From: Candidatus Hadarchaeales archaeon
GTDB taxonomy: Archaea; Hadarchaeota; Hadarchaeia; Hadarchaeales; Hadarchaeaceae
Assembly (NCBI GenBank): GCA_038851075.1
Contig: JAWCLG010000010.1
Span: forward strand, 1-36,225
Direction: 5' to 3'
Length of the DNA stretch: 36,225 nt
Shown: one piece after another, positions 26,646-36,087 of the stretch
Position numbering within the stretch: position 1 is the stretch's first letter
Layout: each line of letters starts with the position of its first letter
The notes under the pieces: generated by a model
Told to the model about the DNA's origin: nothing
What the model saw: the letters and a program-made list of their open reading frames with translations, nothing else
Database searches by the model: none
Program-made: the position numbers and the translations under genes

Positions 26646-27964
26646 CTCAACACCAAAGACGAACCGTTTCTCATCTGGTGAAGGTTAGACGGTGGATATC
26701 CCATCTCGACCGCTATCTCCATCATTCTTCTGAGTTTGTCAGAGGTGCCATGAGACGGAATTATGTGTTCGGGCCTGATCATTCTCAGGAATTCCTCAGT
26801 GTCGACTCTCCCCGCGTGTCCCGAGGCGTGCACGTCCCTGTATATGTGGGCTCCTTGGGCCATCAGCTTCGTTTCCAGGATGGCCCTATTTGACTCGTTT
26901 ATCGGATTAGGTATCACGCTTGCCGAAAAAATCACCTCGTCTCCATTTGATATCTCTATCGGGAGCTGCCGGTCTGCGATTCTGGTGAGGACCGACGCAG
27001 GCTCTCCCTGGTGTCCGGTGCATATCAGTACAAAGTCCCCTTTTGAGGCCTGAATTCTGTTCATCAGGTTTTTAACAGTGTTTGGCCTGCCGTGAATTGG
27101 TATGCTCTCCGGAAATTCAACCATCCCAAGGTCCATCGCCGCGGTGCAGTAGTTTCTCAGGGACCTTCCGAGCATCACCGGAGACCTTCCGAGCTCAAGA
27201 GCTATGTCGACTATGGACTTCAGCCGGACCATGTGGGATGAAAATGTTGTCACGATGACGAGACCGCTCGTTGCCGTAGCTTCCTTCATGACCTCTCTCA
27301 ACCTATCCCTAACCCATGTTTCTGAAGGAGTGGGGCCCTGATTGTCAACCCTGACGGTGCCCACAAGAGCTGCGAGGAGTCCCTCCCTGCCTATTTCCTC
27401 CAGCCTTTTTCTGTCAGTTCTGGGGCCCAGTATCGGCTCCTCGTCCAGCTTGAAGTCTGTCGCGCAAAGCACCGATGAATCCCCGCAGTCCAGAAGCACC
27501 GCTGATGTTTGAAGTATGCTATGGGTCACTCCGACGAATTCCACACCCACTCCATCAACCGCAACCCTGTCGCCTGGCTCTACCGTTATGAAATCGTTCT
27601 TGATACTTGAAGTTCTCTCCTCCCTCAGAAGCCTCTTCGCTATCTCAACTGTGAATGGCGTTCCGTAAATTGGGGCACGGTACGAACTCGCAAGCTTTCC
27701 TATCGCGCCGACATGATCAAGATGCCCGTGTGTCAGAACTATCGCGGAAACCTTGCGCCCTCTAATAACAGAATCGTCTGGAATGCCATTGATGCTTATC
27801 AGTTCTTCCCTTCCCATTTCCCCGATGTTTGCATCCTCAAAAGCCATTATGCTGTCCAGCCTGATGCCCATGTCAACTATAATGTAATTCCCGTCAAACC
27901 CCACCGCAGTCATGTTCTTGCCTACCTCGCCCAGTCCGCCGACCGGAATTATCTCCACGCTCAT
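26642..27964 (-). CDS. rnj: Ribonuclease J (beta-CASP metallo-beta-lactamase)
   Basis: GGLGEVGKNMT, THGHLDHVG, TGHQGEP, HASGH and PSHG. Confidence 0.93.
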   Translation of the reverse strand: MSVEIIPVGGLGEVGKNMTAVGFDGNYIIVDMGIRLDSIMAFEDANIGEMGREELISINGIPDDSVIRGRKVSAIVLTHGHLDHVGAIGKLASSYRAPIYGTPFTVEIAKRLLREERTSSIKNDFITVEPGDRVAVDGVGVEFVGVTHSILQTSAVLLDCGDSSVLCATDFKLDEEPILGPRTDRKRLEEIGREGLLAALVGTVRVDNQGPTPSETWVRDRLREVMKEATATSGLVIVTTFSSHMVRLKSIVDIALELGRSPVMLGRSLRNYCTAAMDLGMVEFPESIPIHGRPNTVKNLMNRIQASKGDFVLICTGHQGEPASVLTRIADRQLPIEISNGDEVIFSASVIPNPINESNRAILETKLMAQGAHIYRDVHASGHAGRVDTEEFLRMIRPEHIIPSHGTSDKLRRMMEIAVEMGYPPSNLHQMRNGSSLVLR

Positions 27965-29037
27965 TTTCTTGCCGCCCTAACTGCACTGACATCGATGCCT
28001 CTGGACTCCATCCACTCCCTTGTCCTACCCGTTATCATCAATGGCACCTTCCTCAGGTCACCCACAGTCTGACAACCGGTGAGCAAAATTGCCGCCTTAA
28101 GCTCGAAAATAAAATTCTTAAGAAAACTTTCAAGTCCGTCCTTCGATGACAATGCCCTTAAAACCGGAAGCGCAATGCCAACTATGTCGGCTCCGAGTGC
28201 TATGGCCTTTGCAGCGTCGACCCCTGACCTTATGCCTCCGCTTGATATAAGAGGCACGTTCACCCCACGGGCGACCTCTGCAGTGCATACAGCCGTCGGT
28301 ATTCCCCAGTCCCAGAGGTCCAAACAGAGAGGAGGTCCGCCCCTCCTGTACGACTCAACAGCGGACCATGATGTGCCGCCAGCTCCGCTTACGTCTATGG
28401 CAGAAACTCCAGATTTGACGAGCTTCTTCGCAACATCAAGGTTTATGCCGCAACCGGTTTCCTTTGCGATCACCGGGTATCCAAGATTTTTACACAGTGC
28501 CGACAACTTTTCAAGCGCCCCCCTGTACCTCGGCTCCCCCTCAGGCTGCACAAGTTCCTGAAGTACATTCATGTGAACGGATAGCGCGTCTGCATCTATT
28601 GTTTCAAGAGTCGCTTTCAACTGATCGATTCCGTATCCTGCTGCTATCTGGGAAAGCCCTATATTGCCAACCAGAAGTATGTCGGGAGCCACCTCCCTGA
28701 CTTTATAAGTGTCAATGACCATCGAGTCCTCAATAGCAGACCGCTGACTTCCGACGGAATACGCAATCCCAAACTTCTGCGCTACACGCGCCATATTCAG
28801 GTTCAACTTCCTAGTGGACTCGCTTCCTCCAGTCATCGCTGTGATCATGATGGGCGCCTCCAGATGAACCCCGAGGAAGAACGTGCTGATGTCGAGGTCC
28901 TCGTAATTTATCTCAGGGACGGCAACATGGACAAAATCGATGTCCTCGAACCCGGTGGTCTTGAAGATGCTCTCCACGTTTTCGGTGAGGCAGATTTTAA
29001 CGTGGTCATCCTTTCTCTTAACAGTCTTTCTCGTCAC
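27961..29037 (-). CDS. fni: Type 2 isopentenyl-diphosphate delta-isomerase
   Basis: RKDDH, AMTGG, GSQR, QELVQPEG, KETGCG, GAGGTSW, WGIPT and SGGIRSG. Confidence 0.97.
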   Translation of the reverse strand: MTRKTVKRKDDHVKICLTENVESIFKTTGFEDIDFVHVAVPEINYEDLDISTFFLGVHLEAPIMITAMTGGSESTRKLNLNMARVAQKFGIAYSVGSQRSAIEDSMVIDTYKVREVAPDILLVGNIGLSQIAAGYGIDQLKATLETIDADALSVHMNVLQELVQPEGEPRYRGALEKLSALCKNLGYPVIAKETGCGINLDVAKKLVKSGVSAIDVSGAGGTSWSAVESYRRGGPPLCLDLWDWGIPTAVCTAEVARGVNVPLISSGGIRSGVDAAKAIALGADIVGIALPVLRALSSKDGLESFLKNFIFELKAAILLTGCQTVGDLRKVPLMITGRTREWMESRGIDVSAVRAARK

Positions 29038-29820
29038 CTAACCAGCCCTCACGATCGTTCCTATCCTTCTTTTTCCTCTGATGGCCTCCAAAAGCAGGCC
29101 TGGTTTCAGCGCGTTCACTATCTGTCCCTCAACCCCATTTTTTGCAAGTTCAATAAGTTCGGCCAGCTTGTTCCCCATTCCACCTGTTACGTCAACATCT
29201 TTTATCCTTCCTATTCTCGGCGCTGTTTTCGGCGTGACAGTCTCGAGCAACTTTGCCTTACGGTGAACCTTCGGGTCGGCGGTGAAAATTCCGTCAACAT
29301 CTGCTGCCATTATCACCCTCCTTGCCCCGAGCTCGATGGCAAGCCTAGATGTTATCTGATCTCCTGAAAGTATCGATAAACCCCTCTTTGTGTCTGGGAC
29401 CACATCTCCGTAAAACACTGGGACCATCTTAAGATCGATAATTTTCCTTATTGGACCAAGCTCCACGGAAACTATTCTCCCGTCACTGACCCGCATGCAG
29501 GCTGATGGCTGAACCGGGAACGCGGGCAATCCTCTGTCTCTGAAAGCGCTTACCACCTCTTCATTCAGTCTGACCATTGCCGAGTGTGTCAATGAGGCCC
29601 CAACAAGCTGCTCCCGCGAGCGGTATCCTTCAGCTATACGGTAACGTGAGGCCAGAGGGTGCCCGAAAGAACCCCCGCCGTGAACCACAACCGGCCTTAC
29701 TCCGGAAGCGTATATCTCTCCGGCCAGACGTTTGAGCACCTTGCGTCTTACGGAGAATCTCCTGCGCTTGTCAGTTATAACGCTTCCTCCAAGCTTCACG
29801 ATCAGTATTGCCACACACAT
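29038..29820 (-). CDS. ipk: Isopentenyl phosphate kinase
   Basis: KLGGSVITDK, HGGGSFGH, GDVV, SGD and DVTGGM..K. Start is 29820 or GTG 29814. Confidence 0.95.
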   Translation of the reverse strand: MCVAILIVKLGGSVITDKRRRFSVRRKVLKRLAGEIYASGVRPVVVHGGGSFGHPLASRYRIAEGYRSREQLVGASLTHSAMVRLNEEVVSAFRDRGLPAFPVQPSACMRVSDGRIVSVELGPIRKIIDLKMVPVFYGDVVPDTKRGLSILSGDQITSRLAIELGARRVIMAADVDGIFTADPKVHRKAKLLETVTPKTAPRIGRIKDVDVTGGMGNKLAELIELAKNGVEGQIVNALKPGLLLEAIRGKRRIGTIVRAG

Positions 29821-29922
29821 CCTCCCGAAAGAACGCGCTCTCCCCCCGCGGCGGCTGCCCTGGTATCCGGCAATCCGCATCCGACCAACATTTCCCCATG
29901 AAACCCAATCAGACTTTTCACC

Positions 29923-30771
29923 TCACTGAATTACTATGGCCCCGTATCCGACCGCATCTGGACCTGGCACTATATCGTGCGAGGAAGCGTGCTTAAGAAG
30001 CCTCGCCCCACTGGCGATCTTTCTGATCGCAACAAGCATTGCCACAACGCTGCCCACCCCGCACATGGATATGTCGTGCTCCATCACTGCTTTCAGGAGC
30101 TCTTCATGCGAAAGCTTCAGTATAGCATCTATCGCGAGCATGTCCTGCCTTTTCACGAACTCATCTACTCTGATTCCCTCAGGCGGAATCTGACCGTAGT
30201 CCGGACCGGCGTGGGTGAAGTCCGTGGCCGCAATTACCACCACGTTTTTTCCTCTTATGGCCTTTCCAATTTTTTCACCAGCTTCCTTCGCAACTTCCGG
30301 ATAATGGGATGGCACGTAAACGGGGACGAACTTTATTTCTGAGCTCAAATGCTGCAGAAAAGGGAGCTGCATCCCTATGGCATGCTCGTATTCGTGCACT
30401 TCCTTGTTTTCCATCAGACCTATCTCCCCCGCAGTTTCCATATCGACCGGAACTTTGCCAAGAGGAGTAACGAAGGTCTCAGTTGTAATAACTGCCTCAT
30501 CGTGTCCAACATGATCTCCACCGATGATAATAAATTTTTCAGGGAATCCATCCTCGGCTAGGGCACTGTAAACGTGAGCCGCAACTGGGCCTGAATACTC
30601 ATATCCGGCGTGCGGCACAACGGCCCCCACAATGCTTCGCTTTCCTCCGGACCTCAGCGATGGAACCCTGCCTGGACCTAGAGGATGAGTGTAACACCTC
30701 TCAATCTGTTTTAAAAGAGCGGATTTTCCCTGGGCTGTTGCCATCATCTCAAATCTGGACGGATACCTCAC
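29923..30771 (-). CDS. MEMO1 family protein (AmmeMemoRadiSam protein B)
   Basis: VPHAGYEYSGP, TPLG, EHAI..QLPFLQ, TDFTH, SMCG and VGYG. Confidence 0.93.
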   Translation of the reverse strand: MRYPSRFEMMATAQGKSALLKQIERCYTHPLGPGRVPSLRSGGKRSIVGAVVPHAGYEYSGPVAAHVYSALAEDGFPEKFIIIGGDHVGHDEAVITTETFVTPLGKVPVDMETAGEIGLMENKEVHEYEHAIGMQLPFLQHLSSEIKFVPVYVPSHYPEVAKEAGEKIGKAIRGKNVVVIAATDFTHAGPDYGQIPPEGIRVDEFVKRQDMLAIDAILKLSHEELLKAVMEHDISMCGVGSVVAMLVAIRKIASGARLLKHASSHDIVPGPDAVGYGAIVIQ

Positions 30772-31401
30772 CTATTCACCAGCATCTGGCTTTGTTTCAA
30801 ATTCCTCGACCTTCACCTCGAAAGGTGCGTCAGCTGCCAGCGTTCCTCTCTCCCTTAGAACCTGTCTGGCAAGAAGCCAGTAAACCAGGGCAAGCGCCTT
30901 TCTGCCCTTGTTGTTGGTGGGTATCACTATATCAATGTCTGCTGTCTCGTTATCAGTATCGCAGAATCCGACCACAGGTGTTCCTGTCATGGCAGCCTCC
31001 TTAAGCGGCTGCTCATCCGCCAGCGGATCTGTTAAAACCAGCGCGGATGCTTTCATGTATCCACTGTACCTCGGGTTTGTGAAAGTTCCAGGTATAAACC
31101 TGCCTACCATCGGGGTCGCGCCGGTCACCTCGGCAAACTTTTGAGCGGGGCGCTGGCCGTACTGTCTTGCGGAAACGACTACGACTTTTTTCGGTTCAAA
31201 CGTTGAAAGGAACTTGCCGGCTACCGCTATGCGCTCGTCCGTCTTTCTGACATCCAGTATGTAAAGACCATCGGGGCGGACCCTGTATATGAACTCTCTC
31301 ATCGCTCCGGTCTTCTGCCTCGTGCCTATGTGAACTCCGCTGGAAAGATAAGTCTCAAAATCCGCCAACCCAACCGTTCCCTCAGGGAACTCAGCGCTCA
31401 T
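30772..31401 (-). CDS. rps2: 30S ribosomal protein S2
   Basis: YLSSGVHIGT, GRFIPGTFTNP and IPTNNKGRKALAL. Confidence 0.98.
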   Translation of the reverse strand: MSAEFPEGTVGLADFETYLSSGVHIGTRQKTGAMREFIYRVRPDGLYILDVRKTDERIAVAGKFLSTFEPKKVVVVSARQYGQRPAQKFAEVTGATPMVGRFIPGTFTNPRYSGYMKASALVLTDPLADEQPLKEAAMTGTPVVGFCDTDNETADIDIVIPTNNKGRKALALVYWLLARQVLRERGTLAADAPFEVKVEEFETKPDAGE

Positions 31402-32660
31402 CTTATGCTCGCCATCCTAGCTTTTTCTCCGAGTTCTTCCTCTATACGAATCAGCTCGTTTAGCTTTGCTATTCTCTCCCCACCGACAGCGCCCGTCTTT
31501 ATCATCGGGCAGCCCCAGGCCACCGCAAGATGGGCTATCGTCTCATCTGTGGTCTCTCCGGACCTGTGAGAGATAACCGGGATACATTCGCTCTTCTTTG
31601 TGAGCCTAACCGCAGCAAGGGTGTCTGTCAGGGTTCCTATCTGATTGGGCTTTATAAGCACGGCGTTCGTCGCCTTTTTCTTGATTCCAACGCTGATGCG
31701 CTTCACGTTCGTCACATACAGATCATCACCACACACGATGCACTTTTTTCCAACTTTTCTGGTGAGCTCTGAAAATCCGTCAAAGTCCTCCTCTTGAAGC
31801 GGATCCTCGAGATAGAAAATTCCATATCTGTCAACAAGATCCACCATAAAGTCTATCTGCTCTTCCGGATCCCTTGTTTTCTCCTCACGCTCATAGACAT
31901 AGACTTTCTTCTCCTCGTCGTACAGGCTGCTTGCGGCTATGTCAAGCGATGGTCTTACCGTGAAACCGACCTCTTCACCTGCTGATTTACAGGCCTCCGC
32001 CACCACCTCCATAGCCTGAATTGAATCCAGATTTGGAGCCCAAGCCCCTTCATCCCCCTTTCCTCCTGAAAACGTCCTGTCTCTCTTTTCTATTCCAGCT
32101 CTCACCGCCTTGTGGACCCTTGTGTTTGCAAACACGGCATCCGAAAACCTTCTAGCACCGACCGGCATTGAGATATATTCCTGAATATCCGGAGCCATCT
32201 TCCCAGCATGGGCCCCTCCTCCAAGAACGTTACCTATCGGGTATGGAAGATGGCAGGCCTTCTCTCCACCGAGGTACCGGTAGAGCGGCAAGCCCAACGC
32301 CAGCGCTGCTGCCTTTGCGACAGCCATTGATGTGGCAACAGCCGCGTTTCCTCCTATCCTCGAAAAATTTGGTGTTCCGTCGACCTCATGGAGAATCTCG
32401 TCCACTCCCTCCTGATCCTCCGCGTCAAAGCCTGCAAGCTTCTTTGAAAGATCACGCATGAGGAGCCTAACAGACTCTTCCGCCCCGCCCTTCGGGAAAG
32501 CGACGACCTCATACTTGCCCGTGCTGGCACCGCTCGGGGCGGCTGCTCTCCCGGTGTACCTCTTCCCGCTCTCCACCGATATTTCGACCTCAACCGTGGG
32601 GTTCCCCCGGCTGTCGAATATCCTTCTCGCTTTCAATCCTCTAACAGTGACATCAGCCAT
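31398..32660 (-). CDS. eno: Enolase
   Basis: DSRGNPTVEVE, PSGASTG, EDPL, GDDL, LIKPNQIGT, SHRSGET and RIAKLNELIRIEE. Confidence 0.98.
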   Translation of the reverse strand: MADVTVRGLKARRIFDSRGNPTVEVEISVESGKRYTGRAAAPSGASTGKYEVVAFPKGGAEESVRLLMRDLSKKLAGFDAEDQEGVDEILHEVDGTPNFSRIGGNAAVATSMAVAKAAALALGLPLYRYLGGEKACHLPYPIGNVLGGGAHAGKMAPDIQEYISMPVGARRFSDAVFANTRVHKAVRAGIEKRDRTFSGGKGDEGAWAPNLDSIQAMEVVAEACKSAGEEVGFTVRPSLDIAASSLYDEEKKVYVYEREEKTRDPEEQIDFMVDLVDRYGIFYLEDPLQEEDFDGFSELTRKVGKKCIVCGDDLYVTNVKRISVGIKKKATNAVLIKPNQIGTLTDTLAAVRLTKKSECIPVISHRSGETTDETIAHLAVAWGCPMIKTGAVGGERIAKLNELIRIEEELGEKARMASIR

Positions 32661-32793
32661 TGAATCGCCCTTTTCCCGTTATTTTTAACGCTTAAAATAG
32701 GTTTTCTGTGGGTAAAAACCAGGCTCACGGTGGTCAAACTTCAGCGCACCAGAAAAAAATATAAGAAAATGCACCCTCTTTTTTTGTGACCGT

Positions 32794-33180
32794 ATGCCGA
32801 AAAAGATGGTTTATCCGCCAGAGCTACCAAAGACAGTGGGATATTCCCAGGCCGTAAGGGCCGGGAACATGCTGTTCATATCTGGCCAGATATCTGAGAA
32901 CGCCAAGGGGGAGATTGTTGGAAAGGGTGATTTCAAAAAACAGGCGCGTCAGGTTTTCGAGAACATAAAGGCCGTGCTCAAGGCCGAAGGCGGATCCATG
33001 AGAGATATTGTCAAGATAACGGTACATCTCACCGACATCAAAAATCTGCAGGCGTTCAGAGAGGTGAGGGGAGAATATTTCAAGGACTACTATCCGGCGA
33101 GCACTCTAATTGAGGTAAACAGTCTGATTTCTGACGAACTTATGATAGAGATAGACGCCATCGCGGTTCTTGAAAAATAG
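32794..33180 (+). CDS. Rid (YjgF/YER057c/UK114) family protein lacking the catalytic Arg
   Basis: YSQAVRAGNMLFISGQ, QVFENI and IEIDAIA. It has PAST where RidA has PARS/T. Confidence 0.9.
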   Translation: MPKKMVYPPELPKTVGYSQAVRAGNMLFISGQISENAKGEIVGKGDFKKQARQVFENIKAVLKAEGGSMRDIVKITVHLTDIKNLQAFREVRGEYFKDYYPASTLIEVNSLISDELMIEIDAIAVLEK

Positions 33181-33252
33181 GTGCGTGCGCCTCTTCATAT
33201 GGGCGACAATCAGACTTTTATCAGCGTGAATCATAAAAATCGAGGGGAGGCT

Positions 33253-34521
33253 ATGGAGAAGAATCTCGCTCGCATTTTAAATGAAGTTGACGAGAGAAAG
33301 GATGAGCTCTTGAAATTCGCAGCGAGGTTGATATCATTCAAGACACCGAACCCCCCTGCCAAAAACACCCTCCCGGCCCAGAAGTGGATTGCCTCAGAGA
33401 TGAAAAGGATAGGTATGGAAGTCGAAATGGTAGACGTTTATCCAGGAGAAACAGACGCCGTCGGGACTCTCCGTGGAAAGCGCGGCGGAAAAACCATAGC
33501 CTTCAACGGCCATATTGACGTGGCTGAAGTTAAAAAAGACGAAAAATGGGACTTTGATCCATTCAGGGGAACTTACGATGAGCGATATCTGTACGGCCGC
33601 GGATCTACTGACATGAAGGGGGGATTTGCATCGGCCTTCTTTGCGGTGAAGCTGTTTCTTGAAAAAGCTGCGCCGAAGCACGGACTGATGATTCAATCGG
33701 TAATAGGTGAGGAGGCCGGTGAACCAGGCACCAAGAGACTGCTGGAAAAAGGATACAGATGCGATTTCGCAATAATCCCTGAACCGAACAGCTTAGAAGT
33801 TCAAGAGCAGGGGGGAGTGATAACATTCTGGATAAAAATAAAAAGCCCAAAAACTTACCACGACGCCGTCAGGCACAAGATGATCCACGCCGGTGGCGGA
33901 GTCTATGCGGCGAACACGATAGAGAAAATGTGTAAGATTATGGAGGGAATGCAGGAGCTCGAGCGACACTGGGCTGTGATGAAAAGATACCCGAGGATGA
34001 CGCCCGGAGCCAACACTATAAATCCGTCTGTTATCGAGGGTGGCAGGAACCCGATATTCATACCTGACGAGTGCAGGATATGGTACACGGCGCACCTGCT
34101 GCCGAACGAGGATGTTGACGATGTAAAAAGAGAAATAACCAAACACGTGATGAATATTGCAAAATCAGACGTATGGCTCAGGAATAACCCTCCTGAAATA
34201 ACGTGGGGCGGAGAATCCCTTGTACGCGAGAGAGGAGAGGTATTTCCGTCCTCACATGTGGACGAAAAAAACCCATATGTGAAAATGCTGCTTGAAACAC
34301 GGGAAAAGGTTCTTCGTAAGAGATCAGAAACATCTGTCTGGCCATCGGTGTCTGACGCCGGATGGTTCCACAAATTTGGAATACCTTCCGTCATATGCGG
34401 CCCCGGCAGGATAGAGGATGCCCACATGATAAACGAAAAGATCACTGTTGATGAACTTCTGAGTGCGGCCAAGCTTTACCTGGCATATCTGCTGAGATTA
34501 AACGGGGAAATAAGCCCATGA
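33253..34521 (+). CDS. M20 metallohydrolase (ArgE/DapE family), YlmB-like putative N-formylaminopyrimidine deformylase
   Basis: NGHIDV, GRGSTDMKGG, GEE and AH..NE. Segments TPNPPAKNT, QGGVITFW, MIHAGGG, ELERHWAVMK and WGGES..RGEVFPS resemble Bacillus YlmB as recalled. GGAGG SD precedes ATG 33253. Confidence 0.8.
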   Translation: MEKNLARILNEVDERKDELLKFAARLISFKTPNPPAKNTLPAQKWIASEMKRIGMEVEMVDVYPGETDAVGTLRGKRGGKTIAFNGHIDVAEVKKDEKWDFDPFRGTYDERYLYGRGSTDMKGGFASAFFAVKLFLEKAAPKHGLMIQSVIGEEAGEPGTKRLLEKGYRCDFAIIPEPNSLEVQEQGGVITFWIKIKSPKTYHDAVRHKMIHAGGGVYAANTIEKMCKIMEGMQELERHWAVMKRYPRMTPGANTINPSVIEGGRNPIFIPDECRIWYTAHLLPNEDVDDVKREITKHVMNIAKSDVWLRNNPPEITWGGESLVRERGEVFPSSHVDEKNPYVKMLLETREKVLRKRSETSVWPSVSDAGWFHKFGIPSVICGPGRIEDAHMINEKITVDELLSAAKLYLAYLLRLNGEISP

Positions 34522-34895
34522 AAAAGATCATATCTCCAGGCGGTTTTCCACCTGCTGTTGGATATTCCAGGGCGATAAGGGCCGGGAACTTCCTTTTTAT
34601 ATGCGCTCAGACACCTGAAGATCCAGAAGGGAAACCAATCGATGAAAATTTCGAGTCACAGGCGAAACAGGTGTTTGAGAACCTGAAAAAAATCATGGAT
34701 GCCGCAGGCGGAGACCTCAGCAATATTGTGGAGATGACTGTTTATCTTACCGACATGAAAAACGTTGACAGTTTCAGAAAGGTGAGGAGGCATTATTTCA
34801 AGGATTACTGGCCGGTCTGCAACATTGTTGAGGTTAGCGGGTTATTATCAGAAAAATGGATGCTCGTTATAAAAGCAACCGCCTACTTCGAATGA
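34518..34895 (+). CDS. Second Rid family protein (divergent)
   Basis: GYSRAIRAGNFLFI, QVFENL and WPVCNIVEV. Clearly paralogous to 32794-33180. Confidence 0.88.
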   Translation: MKKIISPGGFPPAVGYSRAIRAGNFLFICAQTPEDPEGKPIDENFESQAKQVFENLKKIMDAAGGDLSNIVEMTVYLTDMKNVDSFRKVRRHYFKDYWPVCNIVEVSGLLSEKWMLVIKATAYFE

Positions 34896-34947
34896 CTTAT
34901 CAGTGAAAAGGTTTAATTGAGAACAGGTTGAGGGCGAAGGGACAGAA

Positions 34948-36087
34948 ATGACGTTTGAATTCAGGTTATCCCCAAAAATAATTTTCGGGTCCAAAAGTGT
35001 AGAGAAAATCCCTGCTGAGATAGAAAACACTGGAGCAAAAAAGATACTTTTAGTTACGGATGAGGGGCTTGCTGAGACAGAAATATTGAAAAAAATTCTC
35101 GACCTGCTGGAAAACCTTGAGGTTACAGTCTTCAGCAGGGTTGCGCCTAATCCCAAGGAGCCGGCAGTGGAAGAGGGTCTCAGAGTTGCCAAAGATAGAA
35201 AATGCGAGGCTGTTCTGGGAATCGGCGGCGGGAGCCCTATGGACGTTGCCAAGATGATCGCCGCAATGATGACCAACAGCGGAAATATCTGGGAATATGA
35301 GGGCGCCGATAAGTTCAGAACCCCCCCGCTTCCCCTGATACTGGTGCCAACAACAGCAGGCACCGGCAGCGAGGTCAGCAGAGCCGCGATGATAACGAAC
35401 AGCGTGACGCACCGGAAGACCCTGTTTTTGAGCTGGTATCTCACTGCCAGAACAGCTGTACTGGATCCGGAACTCACACTGGGTCTTCCCCAAAAGATAA
35501 CCGTGTGGTCAGGGATGGATGCCCTCTCACACGCTGTTGAATCATACGTTTCCAACATGTCTAACCCGCTCACGGATGTTTTCGCCGAAAAAGCCACCGA
35601 GTTAATATACAAAAACCTGGAGAGGGCGGTAAAAAACGGGAGCGACATCGAGGCGAGGACTAACATGCTGCTCGGAAGTCTGATGGCGGGGATATCAACG
35701 GCGAACGCCCGGCTTGGAAACGTTCACGCGCTCGCACACGCTATCGGCGGTAAATACGACCTTCCACACGGACTCCTCTGCGGTGCCCTCCTGCCCGTAG
35801 TGATGAAATACAACTTGGACTACTGCCGCGATAAACTGGCAAGGATGGCCGCCATTTTTGGTCTTTATTCGGAGGATGCATCAACTGAAGAAAGCGCTGA
35901 ATTTGCGATAAAGCTGATAGATGGCCTGCGGGAGAAACTGTGCCTGCCAAAGAAGCTCTCAGAGATAGGCGTAAAAGAGGATGACATACCATATCTGGTA
36001 GAAAATACAGTTCTGATTCCATCAAACCCCAGGCCAACGAAGAAGGAGGATTTATTTAGTCTCTACAGTGCTGCCATATCTGGATAA
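34948..36087 (+). CDS. Iron-containing (type III) alcohol dehydrogenase
   Basis: GGGSPMD, PTTAGTGSE, DALSHAVE, HALAH and PHG metal ligands. A BRE-TATA-like GAAAAGG-TTTAATT lies at about 34904-34918. Confidence 0.93.
   Translation: MTFEFRLSPKIIFGSKSVEKIPAEIENTGAKKILLVTDEGLAETEILKKILDLLENLEVTVFSRVAPNPKEPAVEEGLRVAKDRKCEAVLGIGGGSPMDVAKMIAAMMTNSGNIWEYEGADKFRTPPLPLILVPTTAGTGSEVSRAAMITNSVTHRKTLFLSWYLTARTAVLDPELTLGLPQKITVWSGMDALSHAVESYVSNMSNPLTDVFAEKATELIYKNLERAVKNGSDIEARTNMLLGSLMAGISTANARLGNVHALAHAIGGKYDLPHGLLCGALLPVVMKYNLDYCRDKLARMAAIFGLYSEDASTEESAEFAIKLIDGLREKLCLPKKLSEIGVKEDDIPYLVENTVLIPSNPRPTKKEDLFSLYSAAISG

Noticed and set aside
20-36037. Numerous antisense or alternate-frame ORFs in the ORF track (e.g. 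20-391, 5560-6279, 34848-35666)
   Set aside because: They overlap well-supported genes, lack recognizable motifs, and are expected shadows of codon bias.
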